Positions 40,042-49,762 of a stretch of 64,000 nucleotides of DNA are shown one piece after another. The notes under the pieces were generated by a model that saw nothing but the letters and a program-made list of their open reading frames with translations, did not search any database and had not been told where the DNA came from. The position numbers were made by a program, and so were the translations under genes. The DNA lies in contig JAZRHM010000033.1 of the NCBI GenBank assembly GCA_045644765.1, positions 4,790 through 68,789 on the forward strand, given 5' to 3'. The stretch comes from Alphaproteobacteria bacterium (GTDB lineage Bacteria; Pseudomonadota; Alphaproteobacteria; RF32; CAG-239). Each line of letters starts with the position of its first letter. Positions within the stretch are counted from its first letter, which is position 1.

Positions 40042-40836
40042 CTATCTAAAGAATACTTTACTTGGAATTGCAGTATCAAGAATTACATATTCAATCTTGC
40101 TGTGACCGGCATTAATCACATTCAATCTGATATTGTTTATATCTATGAGATTATTATCAAGCGAAAACGCAAACTCATCAACCATTTCCGGCTCTCCCAA
40201 AGTTTTATATGTAAACACCATCTGATTATCTTTAATGCCATCATAAACAAGTTCATATCCATATAAAGTATCTGATACTTCTGTTCTGGTGCTAATTACG
40301 GGAGTCATCACAACATCATTAGGTTCTAAATGGAACTGTGTATCTAAAATAACTATACGTCCACCTATCATCCTACCGATACGATTAAAAAATTTTCCTT
40401 CTTCATTTACGAGTAAAACATCTTTACTATTACCTTGACGAACAAGCATATATCTTACACCATCAAACTTTACTTCTCCAAACGCTTTAAATTCTGCATC
40501 TTTTTTGATATGAACTGGAGAAAATGTAGAACTTAATATTGCATTTTTATTTACTTTCAAATTCTCAATACTGAAAAAGTCTGTTCTAAATGTTCGGCTT
40601 GAAGCCATAACCTTTCCCGTTTTGGTAACAAGAACGACATCTTTCTCGATTTTCTCTTCTGTAATAGTTTTACTTTCTGATAAAAATTCTTCACCTGTTG
40701 CTCTATCATAATTAAAGACTTTTTCTGTTTGCCATACTTTAAATGGTAAATTACGACTCGCAAAAAAATCGCCGGTATCTGATAAAGAACATGCACCAAG
40801 CAATAAAACTGATAGTATTGATGTAATTTTTTTCAT
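40042..40836 (-). CDS. Hypothetical lipoprotein
   Basis: Lipobox LLGAC after MKK-hydrophobic signal; 264 aa, beta-rich. Confidence 0.8.
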   Translation of the reverse strand: MKKITSILSVLLLGACSLSDTGDFFASRNLPFKVWQTEKVFNYDRATGEEFLSESKTITEEKIEKDVVLVTKTGKVMASSRTFRTDFFSIENLKVNKNAILSSTFSPVHIKKDAEFKAFGEVKFDGVRYMLVRQGNSKDVLLVNEEGKFFNRIGRMIGGRIVILDTQFHLEPNDVVMTPVISTRTEVSDTLYGYELVYDGIKDNQMVFTYKTLGEPEMVDEFAFSLDNNLIDINNIRLNVINAGHSKIEYVILDTAIPSKVFFR

Positions 40837-40928
40837 GTGACTAATCTCTTTAATTGATGTTTAAACATTATTTATGTATAAACTATAAATCAGATTTAGT
40901 AAATAAAAAGATAACAAACGAGAAAAAT

Positions 40929-41807
40929 ATGAACAATAATTTATCAAGCTGCACAATTATCACTTTTGAACCTTTAGAGATTATACCTGAGGATTTAGTG
41001 TTTTTTTTAGATGAATATTTTGATGTAACTGCGTGCAATTATACAGATGATGGGAAAGAAGAATATGTAGGATATGCAGGAATTGATTTTGATGAACATA
41101 ATTTTGTTAATGCTGCCCAAACCTTGAATTTAACATTGCCACGTTATAAAATAGAAGTTTTAAAAAACAAGAATTGGCTAACAGAGAATGTTATAAAATT
41201 TGATCCCATTGAAACTGATGACTTTTTAATTTACGGAGTACATGAAAAAGAAACTCCTGCAACAAACAAACCGGCAATCAAAATATACGCAGCTACAGCT
41301 TTCGGTTCCGGACATCAAACTACTAAATCTTGTTTAAATGCTATAAGCGATTTGAATAAAATGGGAGTAAAGCACCAAAATATTTTAGACATGGGAACAG
41401 GTTCCGGAATTTTGGCTTTAGCTTGTGCTAAAATATGGCAACAAGATAAATCAATTATCACTGCCGTAGATATTGATGACGAATCAGTAAGAGTTACTAC
41501 GCAAAATGCTTTTGATAACAATTTGGAACAATTTTTAAACGTAGCACAAAGTGATGGTTACAGCTCTGAAATTGTACATAATAATGCACCTTATGACATT
41601 ATTTTATCTAACATATTAGCGCGACCTTTAATAGAGATGGCTCCTTCTTTATATGCTCATCTTAAAACCGGTGGATATTGTGTTATATCAGGTTTTGTTG
41701 ATGATCAGGTTGATTGGGTTCTGAAATCTCATGAGCAACAAGGTTTAAAGTTAATTAAAGCCTACAATATTGACAATTGGCATGCTCTTTTATTGGAGAA
41801 AATATAA
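40929..41807 (+). CDS. prmA: Ribosomal protein L11 methyltransferase
   Basis: AFGSGH.TT, LDMGTGSGILA, VDID, SNILARPL, ISG. Confidence 0.9.
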   Translation: MNNNLSSCTIITFEPLEIIPEDLVFFLDEYFDVTACNYTDDGKEEYVGYAGIDFDEHNFVNAAQTLNLTLPRYKIEVLKNKNWLTENVIKFDPIETDDFLIYGVHEKETPATNKPAIKIYAATAFGSGHQTTKSCLNAISDLNKMGVKHQNILDMGTGSGILALACAKIWQQDKSIITAVDIDDESVRVTTQNAFDNNLEQFLNVAQSDGYSSEIVHNNAPYDIILSNILARPLIEMAPSLYAHLKTGGYCVISGFVDDQVDWVLKSHEQQGLKLIKAYNIDNWHALLLEKI

Positions 41808-43483
41808 TGAATTTAAGAAATTTTCAACAACAGCTTAAATCTGACAATATCGAAGCATTTTTGGTAACCAGAAACAATATGTATCTTAATCAAGATGTTA
41901 AAGAGGACGAAAATCAGCTTTTAAAACTTAGCGGATTTAGCGGTTCGCAAGGATATATGATTGTTACTCAAAAAAAGGCATGGCTTTTGGTAGATAGCAG
42001 ATATTCGATTCAGGCACGCATCGAAACCAATGAAAAAGAAACCGAAGTTATTGATATTAAATCTTTTTTTCCGGCAATTATTGCTTTGCTTAAAAATCAA
42101 AATATCAAAACCCTTACTTGTAACCCTTGGTGTATAAGCGTGTATGATTGGGAAAATTTTGCAAAAAAAGGGATAAATTTGGTTGCAAATGAAAATATTC
42201 TTCAAAATGTGGTTATAAGAAATAATAACATTTTCGAACATAAAATACAGTTTACCGGAAAAAGCAGTCATGATAAATGTTTACAAGTTGCCAACGCTTT
42301 ATCTGAAAAATATGGGGCAATGCTTATAACTTCGGCTGATGAAATCTCTTGGATTGCCAATTTACGTTCCGGAGATTTAGAACACTCTCCTGTGTTAAGA
42401 GCTTATGGACTTTTATCAAAACAAGGTGTTTTGACTATTTTTGCCGATAATTGTAACTATAGCAATATCCGACCTCTCTCAGAACTTAAAGACGAACTGT
42501 TAAAATATATCGGGCAAACCATATTAATTGAAAGAAATTTTACACCACAAAAAATATTGAGTCTGATACCTGAAGGAGTAAAAACCGACACTCGCGGGCA
42601 AAATCCTTTAACACCGTTTAAACTGATGAAAAACGACATTGAAATTAACGGTTTCAAAAAAGCTCATATACGAGATGGTATTGCCATGGTCAAGTTTTTG
42701 CATTGGTTTGAACATAATTATAAAGGAAAAACCGAAATTGATATTGTAAAAAAATTAAAAGAATTTCGCACACAAGACAATATGTTTTTTGCAGATAGTT
42801 TTTCAACGATTGCGGCCAGTGGTAAAAATGCAGCTATTGTACATTATAATCCCAAGGAAAATTGCTCTTCCGTCATACAAGAAGATACCGTATTACTCAT
42901 TGATAGCGGCGCACATTATTATGATGGGACAACCGATGTTACAAGGACCATCGCAGTCGGAAACCCGTCAGATGAAATAAAAAATGCATTTACACAGGTT
43001 TTAAAAGCGCATATTGCTTTATCTTCTTTAACCTTTCCAAAGGATACGCCTGCTTATGCTCTAGATGCCATCTGTCGTTCAGAACTTTGGAAATCTTATA
43101 AAAATTACGGACACGGAACAGGTCATAGTGTCGGTCATTTTTTAAATGTTCACGAATCACCTTTCGGTTTAAGCCCTTATAACAGTAAGTTTGCTGAAGA
43201 AAATTACATAACTTCTATAGAACCCGGATACTATAAAGAAAATGAATATGGTATACGTATTGAAAATATGGTATATCTGGAACAAACAAACAATTTGGAT
43301 TTTTTAAAATTTAAGAACCTAACCTTTGTGCCTATTGATAAGCGTTTAATTAATGCTTATCTCTTGAGTAGCGAGGAGCAAAACTGGCTAAACAATTATC
43401 ATAAAGAGGTTGTAGATTGTTTAGCTCCATATTTGGATAAAGCATTGAGTGATTGGCTTAAAGACATTTGTTCCCCGCTGTAA
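41807..43483 (+). CDS. Aminopeptidase P family (M24B) peptidase
   Basis: SGFSGSQG, VDSRY, IVHY, DSGAHYYDGTTDVTRT, HGTGH, HE, EPGYY, GIRIEN. Confidence 0.93.
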   Translation: MNLRNFQQQLKSDNIEAFLVTRNNMYLNQDVKEDENQLLKLSGFSGSQGYMIVTQKKAWLLVDSRYSIQARIETNEKETEVIDIKSFFPAIIALLKNQNIKTLTCNPWCISVYDWENFAKKGINLVANENILQNVVIRNNNIFEHKIQFTGKSSHDKCLQVANALSEKYGAMLITSADEISWIANLRSGDLEHSPVLRAYGLLSKQGVLTIFADNCNYSNIRPLSELKDELLKYIGQTILIERNFTPQKILSLIPEGVKTDTRGQNPLTPFKLMKNDIEINGFKKAHIRDGIAMVKFLHWFEHNYKGKTEIDIVKKLKEFRTQDNMFFADSFSTIAASGKNAAIVHYNPKENCSSVIQEDTVLLIDSGAHYYDGTTDVTRTIAVGNPSDEIKNAFTQVLKAHIALSSLTFPKDTPAYALDAICRSELWKSYKNYGHGTGHSVGHFLNVHESPFGLSPYNSKFAEENYITSIEPGYYKENEYGIRIENMVYLEQTNNLDFLKFKNLTFVPIDKRLINAYLLSSEEQNWLNNYHKEVVDCLAPYLDKALSDWLKDICSPL

Positions 43484-43501
43484 ATTTTACAAGGAGAAAA
43501 A

Positions 43502-43963
43502 ATGAAAAAGTTATTATTTTCCATTGCGGTTTTGACCGTAATGATTTATCCGGTATACTCAAAATTAGCATTTAACGAAGCTGACTATCCTTTAAGCCAA
43601 CCTTTGCAAGAATATTTTTCTGCAGAAGATCAAAACTACAATAAATCTATTATTTATATTTTCTTTAACAACGACCAAGATTGTTATCAATGTCCTCAAG
43701 CTGTAGAAGTTACCGAACAAGTCTATAATCAATACTATAACAACAAATATTCAATGTTTGTTATTAATTACGCTGAAGATAATGAGTATGATTTTGCTAC
43801 AGCATATAAACTAAACGCTCCTCTTGCCATCGTATTGGTTAAAATTGAAAACGGCAACACTGTTGGTTATCAAAAAATCAGCAATCCGCAAAATATGCTA
43901 TCTTTAGGTGAAGATTATATTACATATTTAAGACAACAAATCGACAGCTATTTAGGATCATAA
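43502..43963 (+). CDS. Secreted thioredoxin-like CxxC protein
   Basis: Signal peptide; beta-strand IIYIFFN then CYQC; later LNAPLAIVLV resembles the cis-Pro loop. Confidence 0.65.
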   Translation: MKKLLFSIAVLTVMIYPVYSKLAFNEADYPLSQPLQEYFSAEDQNYNKSIIYIFFNNDQDCYQCPQAVEVTEQVYNQYYNNKYSMFVINYAEDNEYDFATAYKLNAPLAIVLVKIENGNTVGYQKISNPQNMLSLGEDYITYLRQQIDSYLGS

Positions 43964-43991
43964 AAAAAGGCTCTTTGGTAAGAGCCTTTTT
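43962..43991. terminator. Bidirectional terminator
   Basis: AAAAAGGCTCTT-tggt-AAGAGCCTTTTT between convergent genes. Confidence 0.85.
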
Positions 43992-43997
43992 GTCAGA

Positions 43998-45101
43998 TTA
44001 ATATTCGGTAATAACACGTAAAAGCAGAGTATTGCTTCTTTTCTTTGCAGCACGATGACCATTTGCTTTATTTTCCCAAGTATATTCATTATCGCGTGGT
44101 GTTGATGACCAATAATAATCACTTGATAATGGCTCCGCAACATCACTTTTACTTGCTAATGTTTCCAATGCAGAATTAACGGCAGCATATACATCACCGG
44201 TATGACCACTCGTACCTTGATCAGAAATTTGTCCTGTAATAGATTTATTAAATCCAATCAAATCTGTTAACTCACCAATTGCGGGAATCCACCAATGTTT
44301 AGGACCAAAATCAGGGCTTGTAAGCAATGAAGAATCAGGATAAAAGTCCATAGCAGCTTTAGCCGCAACAGAAACACAATATCCGGCCCAATTTTTTGTT
44401 CCCTCATTGTGTTCACAAGCAGCTAATCTTTTTTCTGACATTGTCTGCGTGTTTTTATAACCATCGTCATATGCTTCACCTGAATGATCTCTCAAATCTT
44501 TAGCAAGCTCACCTGAACCTGCCATATAATATTTTAACCCTTCTGCTTCTAAATCTACATTTGTAAGGCCCATAATAACCTTCTTAGTAGATTGACCATA
44601 AGGATTTGTAGGATCAAACGAGTTACCGTTAAATGTTAAGTCTTTCAAATTGACAATTTTTCCGGATGATCCTTTCTCATCTGCTAACCAAAAGACAATA
44701 CCAACCGGTATTTTAGCCGTATTAGCAGGATCATAAAGACTTGCATCAGAACAAGTATTATCGGAATAATAAACATACCCGATACGACAACTTTTTGTAT
44801 CAGAATCTAAAGATGCGCATAAGGTGTAATCTTTATCGCTCGGACACTTGATTATAGTACCACACCAATCTACTTTAGAATCTTTAGTAAAACCTATTTG
44901 AGCACAATCAGTATTTTGAGCAACCACACATTTTTTATAGCTTATATCAAAAGGGCAACGTATGTATCCATCTGACGGACAATCCGGAGAATCTTGAGTA
45001 GAAAAACCTAAAGATGCACAGCTTGGAACATCTGCACAATCAATTGCAGAATTTGCAGTTAAAGGAATTAATAACAACAATAAAGATAACACATACTTCA
45101 T
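43998..45101 (-). CDS. Secreted Cys-rich protein with C-terminal DUF1566/Lcl (C-type lectin-like) domain
   Basis: Signal peptide; two CxxLG[FY]..C..CPxD..C modules; WWIPAIGEL and YYWSST motifs. Confidence 0.7.
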   Translation of the reverse strand: MKYVLSLLLLLIPLTANSAIDCADVPSCASLGFSTQDSPDCPSDGYIRCPFDISYKKCVVAQNTDCAQIGFTKDSKVDWCGTIIKCPSDKDYTLCASLDSDTKSCRIGYVYYSDNTCSDASLYDPANTAKIPVGIVFWLADEKGSSGKIVNLKDLTFNGNSFDPTNPYGQSTKKVIMGLTNVDLEAEGLKYYMAGSGELAKDLRDHSGEAYDDGYKNTQTMSEKRLAACEHNEGTKNWAGYCVSVAAKAAMDFYPDSSLLTSPDFGPKHWWIPAIGELTDLIGFNKSITGQISDQGTSGHTGDVYAAVNSALETLASKSDVAEPLSSDYYWSSTPRDNEYTWENKANGHRAAKKRSNTLLLRVITEY

Positions 45102-45114
45102 AATTTTTTCCTTT

Positions 45115-45558
45115 CTAATTTAAACAACGAACCTTTGATAAATCTGCCGGACAGATTATATATTCCGTACAATCGCTACTGCTATGAATATACCCTATTG
45201 TTTCACAAAATTCCGGATTACGCACAAGTTGTAACAGCTGTCCGCCCCAACATGTATTATAATCAACCTGACTATTTATACACTCAACGGAACAATCATA
45301 ACATGTTAAACCCTTATATTCTATTTCTTCGCAATCATAATCTGAAGGTTTATTATCAGCTGTATAATATTTGCCATCTTTACATTCCCATTCTGCACAA
45401 TGCCATAGTGTTGGCTCATATTGACACGCCACACCACCGTAAGGGCAATAAGACTCTGTGTATCCGAGTTCTGCACATTTTAGTGTGTTGTTATCAACAC
45501 ACAGCTCTGCTTGCACTGAATATGGTATCAGTAAAAGAAGCCCTACAACTAACCACAT
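45115..45558 (-). CDS. Small secreted Cys-rich protein
   Basis: SD AAGGAG before ATG 45558; signal peptide; 15 Cys in 147 aa including two copies of the same module. Confidence 0.75.
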   Translation of the reverse strand: MWLVVGLLLLIPYSVQAELCVDNNTLKCAELGYTESYCPYGGVACQYEPTLWHCAEWECKDGKYYTADNKPSDYDCEEIEYKGLTCYDCSVECINSQVDYNTCWGGQLLQLVRNPEFCETIGYIHSSSDCTEYIICPADLSKVRCLN

Positions 45559-45640
45559 AAAACTTACTCCTTTTTTATCAAAAAGTTCTATATGGTTCAG
45601 TGTATCAAAAAATGTTCTTTTTTTCAACCTAAAAATATCC

Positions 45641-46072
45641 TCAAATATAATTTTTCATTTTTTCTACTAATTCAGCCGGCATACGCATAGGTCTGCGTTT
45701 TTCCAAATTTACATATACTGCTTTTACTTTAACTTCCACCAAGATATCATCATTACGTTTTATCTGTTGTAAAAGTGTTACCGTTGCGCCTGTTTGTTCA
45801 ATGGTTTCGCAACTTACAGTCAATAAATCGTCCAAAACTGCCGGAGACCTGTAATCTGCTTCAACATGTCTTACCATAAAGGCAAATCTGTCTTTTTCTA
45901 AAATTTCTTGCTGATTACCAACCCCTATATAGCGTAAAAATTCTGTTCTGGCCCGTTCTGCAAATTTTAAGTAGTTTGCATAATACACAACACCACCGGC
46001 ATCTGTATCTTCATAATATACACGAACGGGCAAAACAAACTTTCCTTTTGTATCATCAAACTCACAATTCAT
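45641..46072 (-). CDS. ybgC: YbgC-family acyl-CoA thioesterase
   Basis: [28 protein letters not shown]; follows ruvB. Confidence 0.92.
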   Translation of the reverse strand: MNCEFDDTKGKFVLPVRVYYEDTDAGGVVYYANYLKFAERARTEFLRYIGVGNQQEILEKDRFAFMVRHVEADYRSPAVLDDLLTVSCETIEQTGATVTLLQQIKRNDDILVEVKVKAVYVNLEKRRPMRMPAELVEKMKNYI

Positions 46073-47135
46073 CTTTTTGGCTTTCAATATTAGTTAACAA
46101 ATCAAACTGGGTATTGTCTTTTTTGATTTTGGGTTTAGAAATTCCCATATATTGGCAACCCAAATCAGATATTATACGTCCTCTTGGCGTTCTTTGAATA
46201 AAACCGAGTTTTAATAAAAACGGCTCAACAACTTCTTCTATAGTGTCCCGTTCTTCCGACAGAGCTGCCGCCAATGTATCTGCTCCGACAGGTCCTCCAC
46301 CATAATTTACGGCTATGCAGTTTAGGTATCTTCTGTCAAAATTATCAAGACCGAAATTATCAACATCTAAGCGTTGCAAAGCCATATCGGCAAGTTTATT
46401 ATCAATTTCATTTCCCCCTGAAACAGCACCAAAGTCACGTACGCGACGCAAAAGACGTCCAGCCACACGAGGTGTTCCTCTTGAACGTTTTGCAATTTCA
46501 AGAGCTCCGTTTTCAGAAATAGGCATTCCTAAGATTGATGCTCCTCTTAATACAATTTGTTTCAGTTCATCATGATTATAAAAATCAAGCCTTAGAGGAA
46601 TGCCGAATCGCTCACGTAATGGGGTCGATAAAAGTCCTGAGCGAGTCGTAGCACCGACTAAAGTAAACGGTTGCAAATCTATCCTGACAGAACGAGCCGA
46701 AGGGCCCTCCCCGATAATTAAATCTAGCTGAAAATCTTCCATAGCCGAATATAAAACTTCTTCAATTGCCGGATTCAAACGATGAATTTCATCAATAAAC
46801 AAAACATCATTAGGTTCTAAATTAGTAAGTATTGCTGCCAAATCTCCCGATTTTGTAATCATTGGTGCTGAAGTTGCTTTAAAACCGACACCAAGCTCTT
46901 TTGCCACAATTGAAGCTAGTGTTGTTTTTCCAAGCCCCGGAGGACCAAAAAGTAAAACATGATCCAGAGCCTCATTTCTTTGTTTTGCGGCATCAATAAA
47001 CACTTTCAAATTTTGACAAGCTAAAGTCTGTCCAACAAAATCTGCCAAACATTGCGGTCTGGTATTTAGCGGCACATTGATAGAATTTTTTTCATCATCT
47101 GCCAACGGATATGGGCTTACAATTCTTTCTTCCAT
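46062..47135 (-). CDS. ruvB: Holliday junction helicase RuvB
   Basis: [36 protein letters not shown]. Confidence 0.98.
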   Translation of the reverse strand: MEERIVSPYPLADDEKNSINVPLNTRPQCLADFVGQTLACQNLKVFIDAAKQRNEALDHVLLFGPPGLGKTTLASIVAKELGVGFKATSAPMITKSGDLAAILTNLEPNDVLFIDEIHRLNPAIEEVLYSAMEDFQLDLIIGEGPSARSVRIDLQPFTLVGATTRSGLLSTPLRERFGIPLRLDFYNHDELKQIVLRGASILGMPISENGALEIAKRSRGTPRVAGRLLRRVRDFGAVSGGNEIDNKLADMALQRLDVDNFGLDNFDRRYLNCIAVNYGGGPVGADTLAAALSEERDTIEEVVEPFLLKLGFIQRTPRGRIISDLGCQYMGISKPKIKKDNTQFDLLTNIESQKDEL

Positions 47136-47138
47136 TTT

Positions 47139-47777
47139 TTAAAAATCCTTTCCGGCAAATTCTTTTAACGACAACCTTATAAGTTCTGATATTGATTTAT
47201 CTTTGTTTGCCTCATAAATTTTTACCACGGTTTTATAAGCCTCCAAACGCTGATATCCTAAATTTACCAGAGCTGAAATAACATCTTCCATCGCACCTGT
47301 ATCTGCAACAACCTGTATGGGCTCGGGAACTTGCTCCGACAAAGACAAATCAGCAATACTTACTTCCCCTATCGGCACTGTAACAATTTTATCTTTAAGC
47401 TCCGTAACCAAACGAGCAGCCAACTTCGGACCAACACCATTTGCTCTTAAAAACGAGCTTTTATCCTGAGCCGAAACTGCTTGGGCCAATTGGGAAGGAG
47501 TTAATGCTGATAAAATACTTAAACAAACTTTTGCTCCAACACCTTGAACTTTAGTAAGCGTATTAAACCACTCCTTTTCCCATGCATCATAAAAACCAAA
47601 CAAAGAAATACTATCTTCACGAACAACCGTTTCTATCAACAAAGAAACTTCCAATCCTTTATTAAGTCGCGCCAAAGTTTTTGAAGATGACCACACTAAA
47701 TAACCGACGCCATGAACATCTATAATGCAATTATCTTCAAATATACTATCAACAATACCTTTAAGTTTTGCTATCAT
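47139..47777 (-). CDS. ruvA: Holliday junction branch migration protein RuvA
   Basis: MIAKLKG, DVHGVGY, VRED, VQGVGAK, GVGPKLAARLVTELKDK, SALVNLGY. Confidence 0.97.
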   Translation of the reverse strand: MIAKLKGIVDSIFEDNCIIDVHGVGYLVWSSSKTLARLNKGLEVSLLIETVVREDSISLFGFYDAWEKEWFNTLTKVQGVGAKVCLSILSALTPSQLAQAVSAQDKSSFLRANGVGPKLAARLVTELKDKIVTVPIGEVSIADLSLSEQVPEPIQVVADTGAMEDVISALVNLGYQRLEAYKTVVKIYEANKDKSISELIRLSLKEFAGKDF

Positions 47778-47931
47778 TTATTAATCCTAAAAAAACATTT
47801 TTTATTACTGTATATGAGTTTACCTTACCTTACAAGTCTTTTTATTAATCTTTGCAAAGTTTTAAGCAAACCCTTTTTTTTGTTTTTTTTAATATTACAT
47901 ATTAGAAAAATTTTATTTTAAAGGAGGAAAA

Positions 47932-49074
47932 ATGAAAAAATCAATTATAATTTGTTTATTGAGTGTACTTATTTATTCAGGAAATGTTTCTGCTCGTTCC
48001 TTAGGAACTGACTATGACATGTTCAAATATTGGCTTAATAAAAATTATGGCATTGATTATGGAATTGACACTTCTTTTATGCCACAAAGAGGTGCTCCAA
48101 GCGGAAAATATAACGCCGCACAACTTTATATATATCCTTATCTGACGTGGACAACTCATAAAAATGAATATGGAACCGGAAGTTTAAACATGGCCTACAC
48201 CATAATACGTTATGGCAATCATAATGCTGCAGATATAGGTAACAATATCGGCGTTGTTGATGACATCAACGATTATAATACGAAAGCTAACGAATTTAAC
48301 GAGTTATACTACACCTACCAATTAGGCGGCAAATTTAATTGGTTGACATTAGGCTTAGGACAATATCCTATTTATAATTTTGACGGTTCTCCGTATAATT
48401 CAAATCAACAAGTAAACTTTATTAACTATGCTTTGTCACAAAACGCAACTTCAACATATCCGACTGCAGGTGTTGGTGCTTTTGTTCAAATCGCACCTGA
48501 AAACAGCGATTGGAGTTTTGCAATAGGTTCTCAAGATGCCAGTAATGTAGATGCTGTAAGCGTGAGAGTTAACGATCTAAATGACGGACATTTCACAACT
48601 TTTGCTCAACTTCAATATGCTCCGTCTAACAAACTTGGAGATGCTGAATTTTCTGTTTTACTGTATAATCAACCCTCTGTAAAACTTCAACCTCAAACAA
48701 CCAATGGTTGGTCGATTAATTTATCACAAAACATTGGCGAAAAATGGAACATTTTCGGCCGTGTAAACGGGGTATCCGGACACATGGATACAATCGAACA
48801 ATCATGGTCGGCCGGTATTGTTCGCTTAAATCCGTTAGGAAGAAACGATTTAGACCAAATCGGTCTTGCTTATGCATACAATAAAATCAATGAAGAAGCT
48901 GTAGGAGAAAAACTTTCACATGATGCAGAACAAGTAATAGAAGCATACTGGGCATGGGGAATTTCTAAATGGGCTACAATAACACCTGATATCCAATTTT
49001 ATATAAACCCGGCATTAAATCCGAAATCTGACTACGGAACAGTTGTTTCATTAAGACTAACATTGTTTATGTAA
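47932..49074 (+). CDS. Carbohydrate-selective porin (OprB-like beta-barrel)
   Basis: Signal peptide; FINYALSQN, DQIGLAY, EQVIEAYW, ITPDIQFYINPA, SLRLTLF C-terminus. Confidence 0.8.
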   Translation: MKKSIIICLLSVLIYSGNVSARSLGTDYDMFKYWLNKNYGIDYGIDTSFMPQRGAPSGKYNAAQLYIYPYLTWTTHKNEYGTGSLNMAYTIIRYGNHNAADIGNNIGVVDDINDYNTKANEFNELYYTYQLGGKFNWLTLGLGQYPIYNFDGSPYNSNQQVNFINYALSQNATSTYPTAGVGAFVQIAPENSDWSFAIGSQDASNVDAVSVRVNDLNDGHFTTFAQLQYAPSNKLGDAEFSVLLYNQPSVKLQPQTTNGWSINLSQNIGEKWNIFGRVNGVSGHMDTIEQSWSAGIVRLNPLGRNDLDQIGLAYAYNKINEEAVGEKLSHDAEQVIEAYWAWGISKWATITPDIQFYINPALNPKSDYGTVVSLRLTLFM

Positions 49075-49101
49075 ATATTCTGATAAAACGATAAATTATA
49101 T

Positions 49102-49134
49102 GCGGTTAAAAAATATTAACCGCTATTTTTTTTT
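49102..49134 (+). terminator. Terminator after porin gene
   Basis: GCGGTTAA-aaaata-TTAACCGC followed by a T-run. Confidence 0.65.
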
Positions 49135-49201
49135 GCTTTACAAGATAAAATAAATAAGATTAAAATCAGTCGTATCTTTGATAAAAAAAATGGAATTTAA
49201 A

Positions 49202-49747
49202 ATGTATAGATTTGGAAAAATAATATTTGTAATTACTGTATCTTTAACACTTTGTTGTTGCGAAAACATTTATCAAAAACCATCTATTGTTCCGGCAATA
49301 GTTCCCAATACTCAAAAAACAAAAACAGAAACGCCAAAAATAACCAATATTATAGGTGCTGTTGAACCTATTTATATACTTCCGATGAAATCGGCTTTTT
49401 ATGCTCGTGTTGACACAGGGGCGACCACATCTTCCATTGACGTTACAAATTTGAAACGTTTTGAACGTGATGGTGAAAAATGGGTTTCTTTCACCATTAC
49501 CAATCGTCGAAGCGGCGAAACATATGATTTTGAAAAACAAATTTATAAGCGTGTACGTATCACGAGAGCCGAAGAACATGAGCGCCGCGTTAAAGTGTTT
49601 ATGGATGTCCGTTTTGGCGGAGAAAAATTTAGCACAGAGTTTACTTTAGCCGAACGTAACGACTTTGATTATCAAGCTCTGATCGGTCGCAATATATTAA
49701 CCGGAAGAGCAATCGTAGATACTTCTATTTCTAACACTCTAAAATAA
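49202..49747 (+). CDS. RimB-like / 'ATP-dependent zinc protease' family aspartyl peptidase, probable lipoprotein
   Basis: IIGAVE, ARVDTGATTSSI, WVSF, EFTLAER, LIGRN; N-terminal LTLCCC lipobox-like signal; exact start uncertain. Confidence 0.88.
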   Translation: MYRFGKIIFVITVSLTLCCCENIYQKPSIVPAIVPNTQKTKTETPKITNIIGAVEPIYILPMKSAFYARVDTGATTSSIDVTNLKRFERDGEKWVSFTITNRRSGETYDFEKQIYKRVRITRAEEHERRVKVFMDVRFGGEKFSTEFTLAERNDFDYQALIGRNILTGRAIVDTSISNTLK

Positions 49748-49762
49748 TAAAGGTCTGAACTT

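Noticed and set aside
43998-44130. Diversity-generating retroelement target region
   Set aside because: A lectin-like C-terminus is present, but no template repeat or reverse transcriptase is visible in the window.
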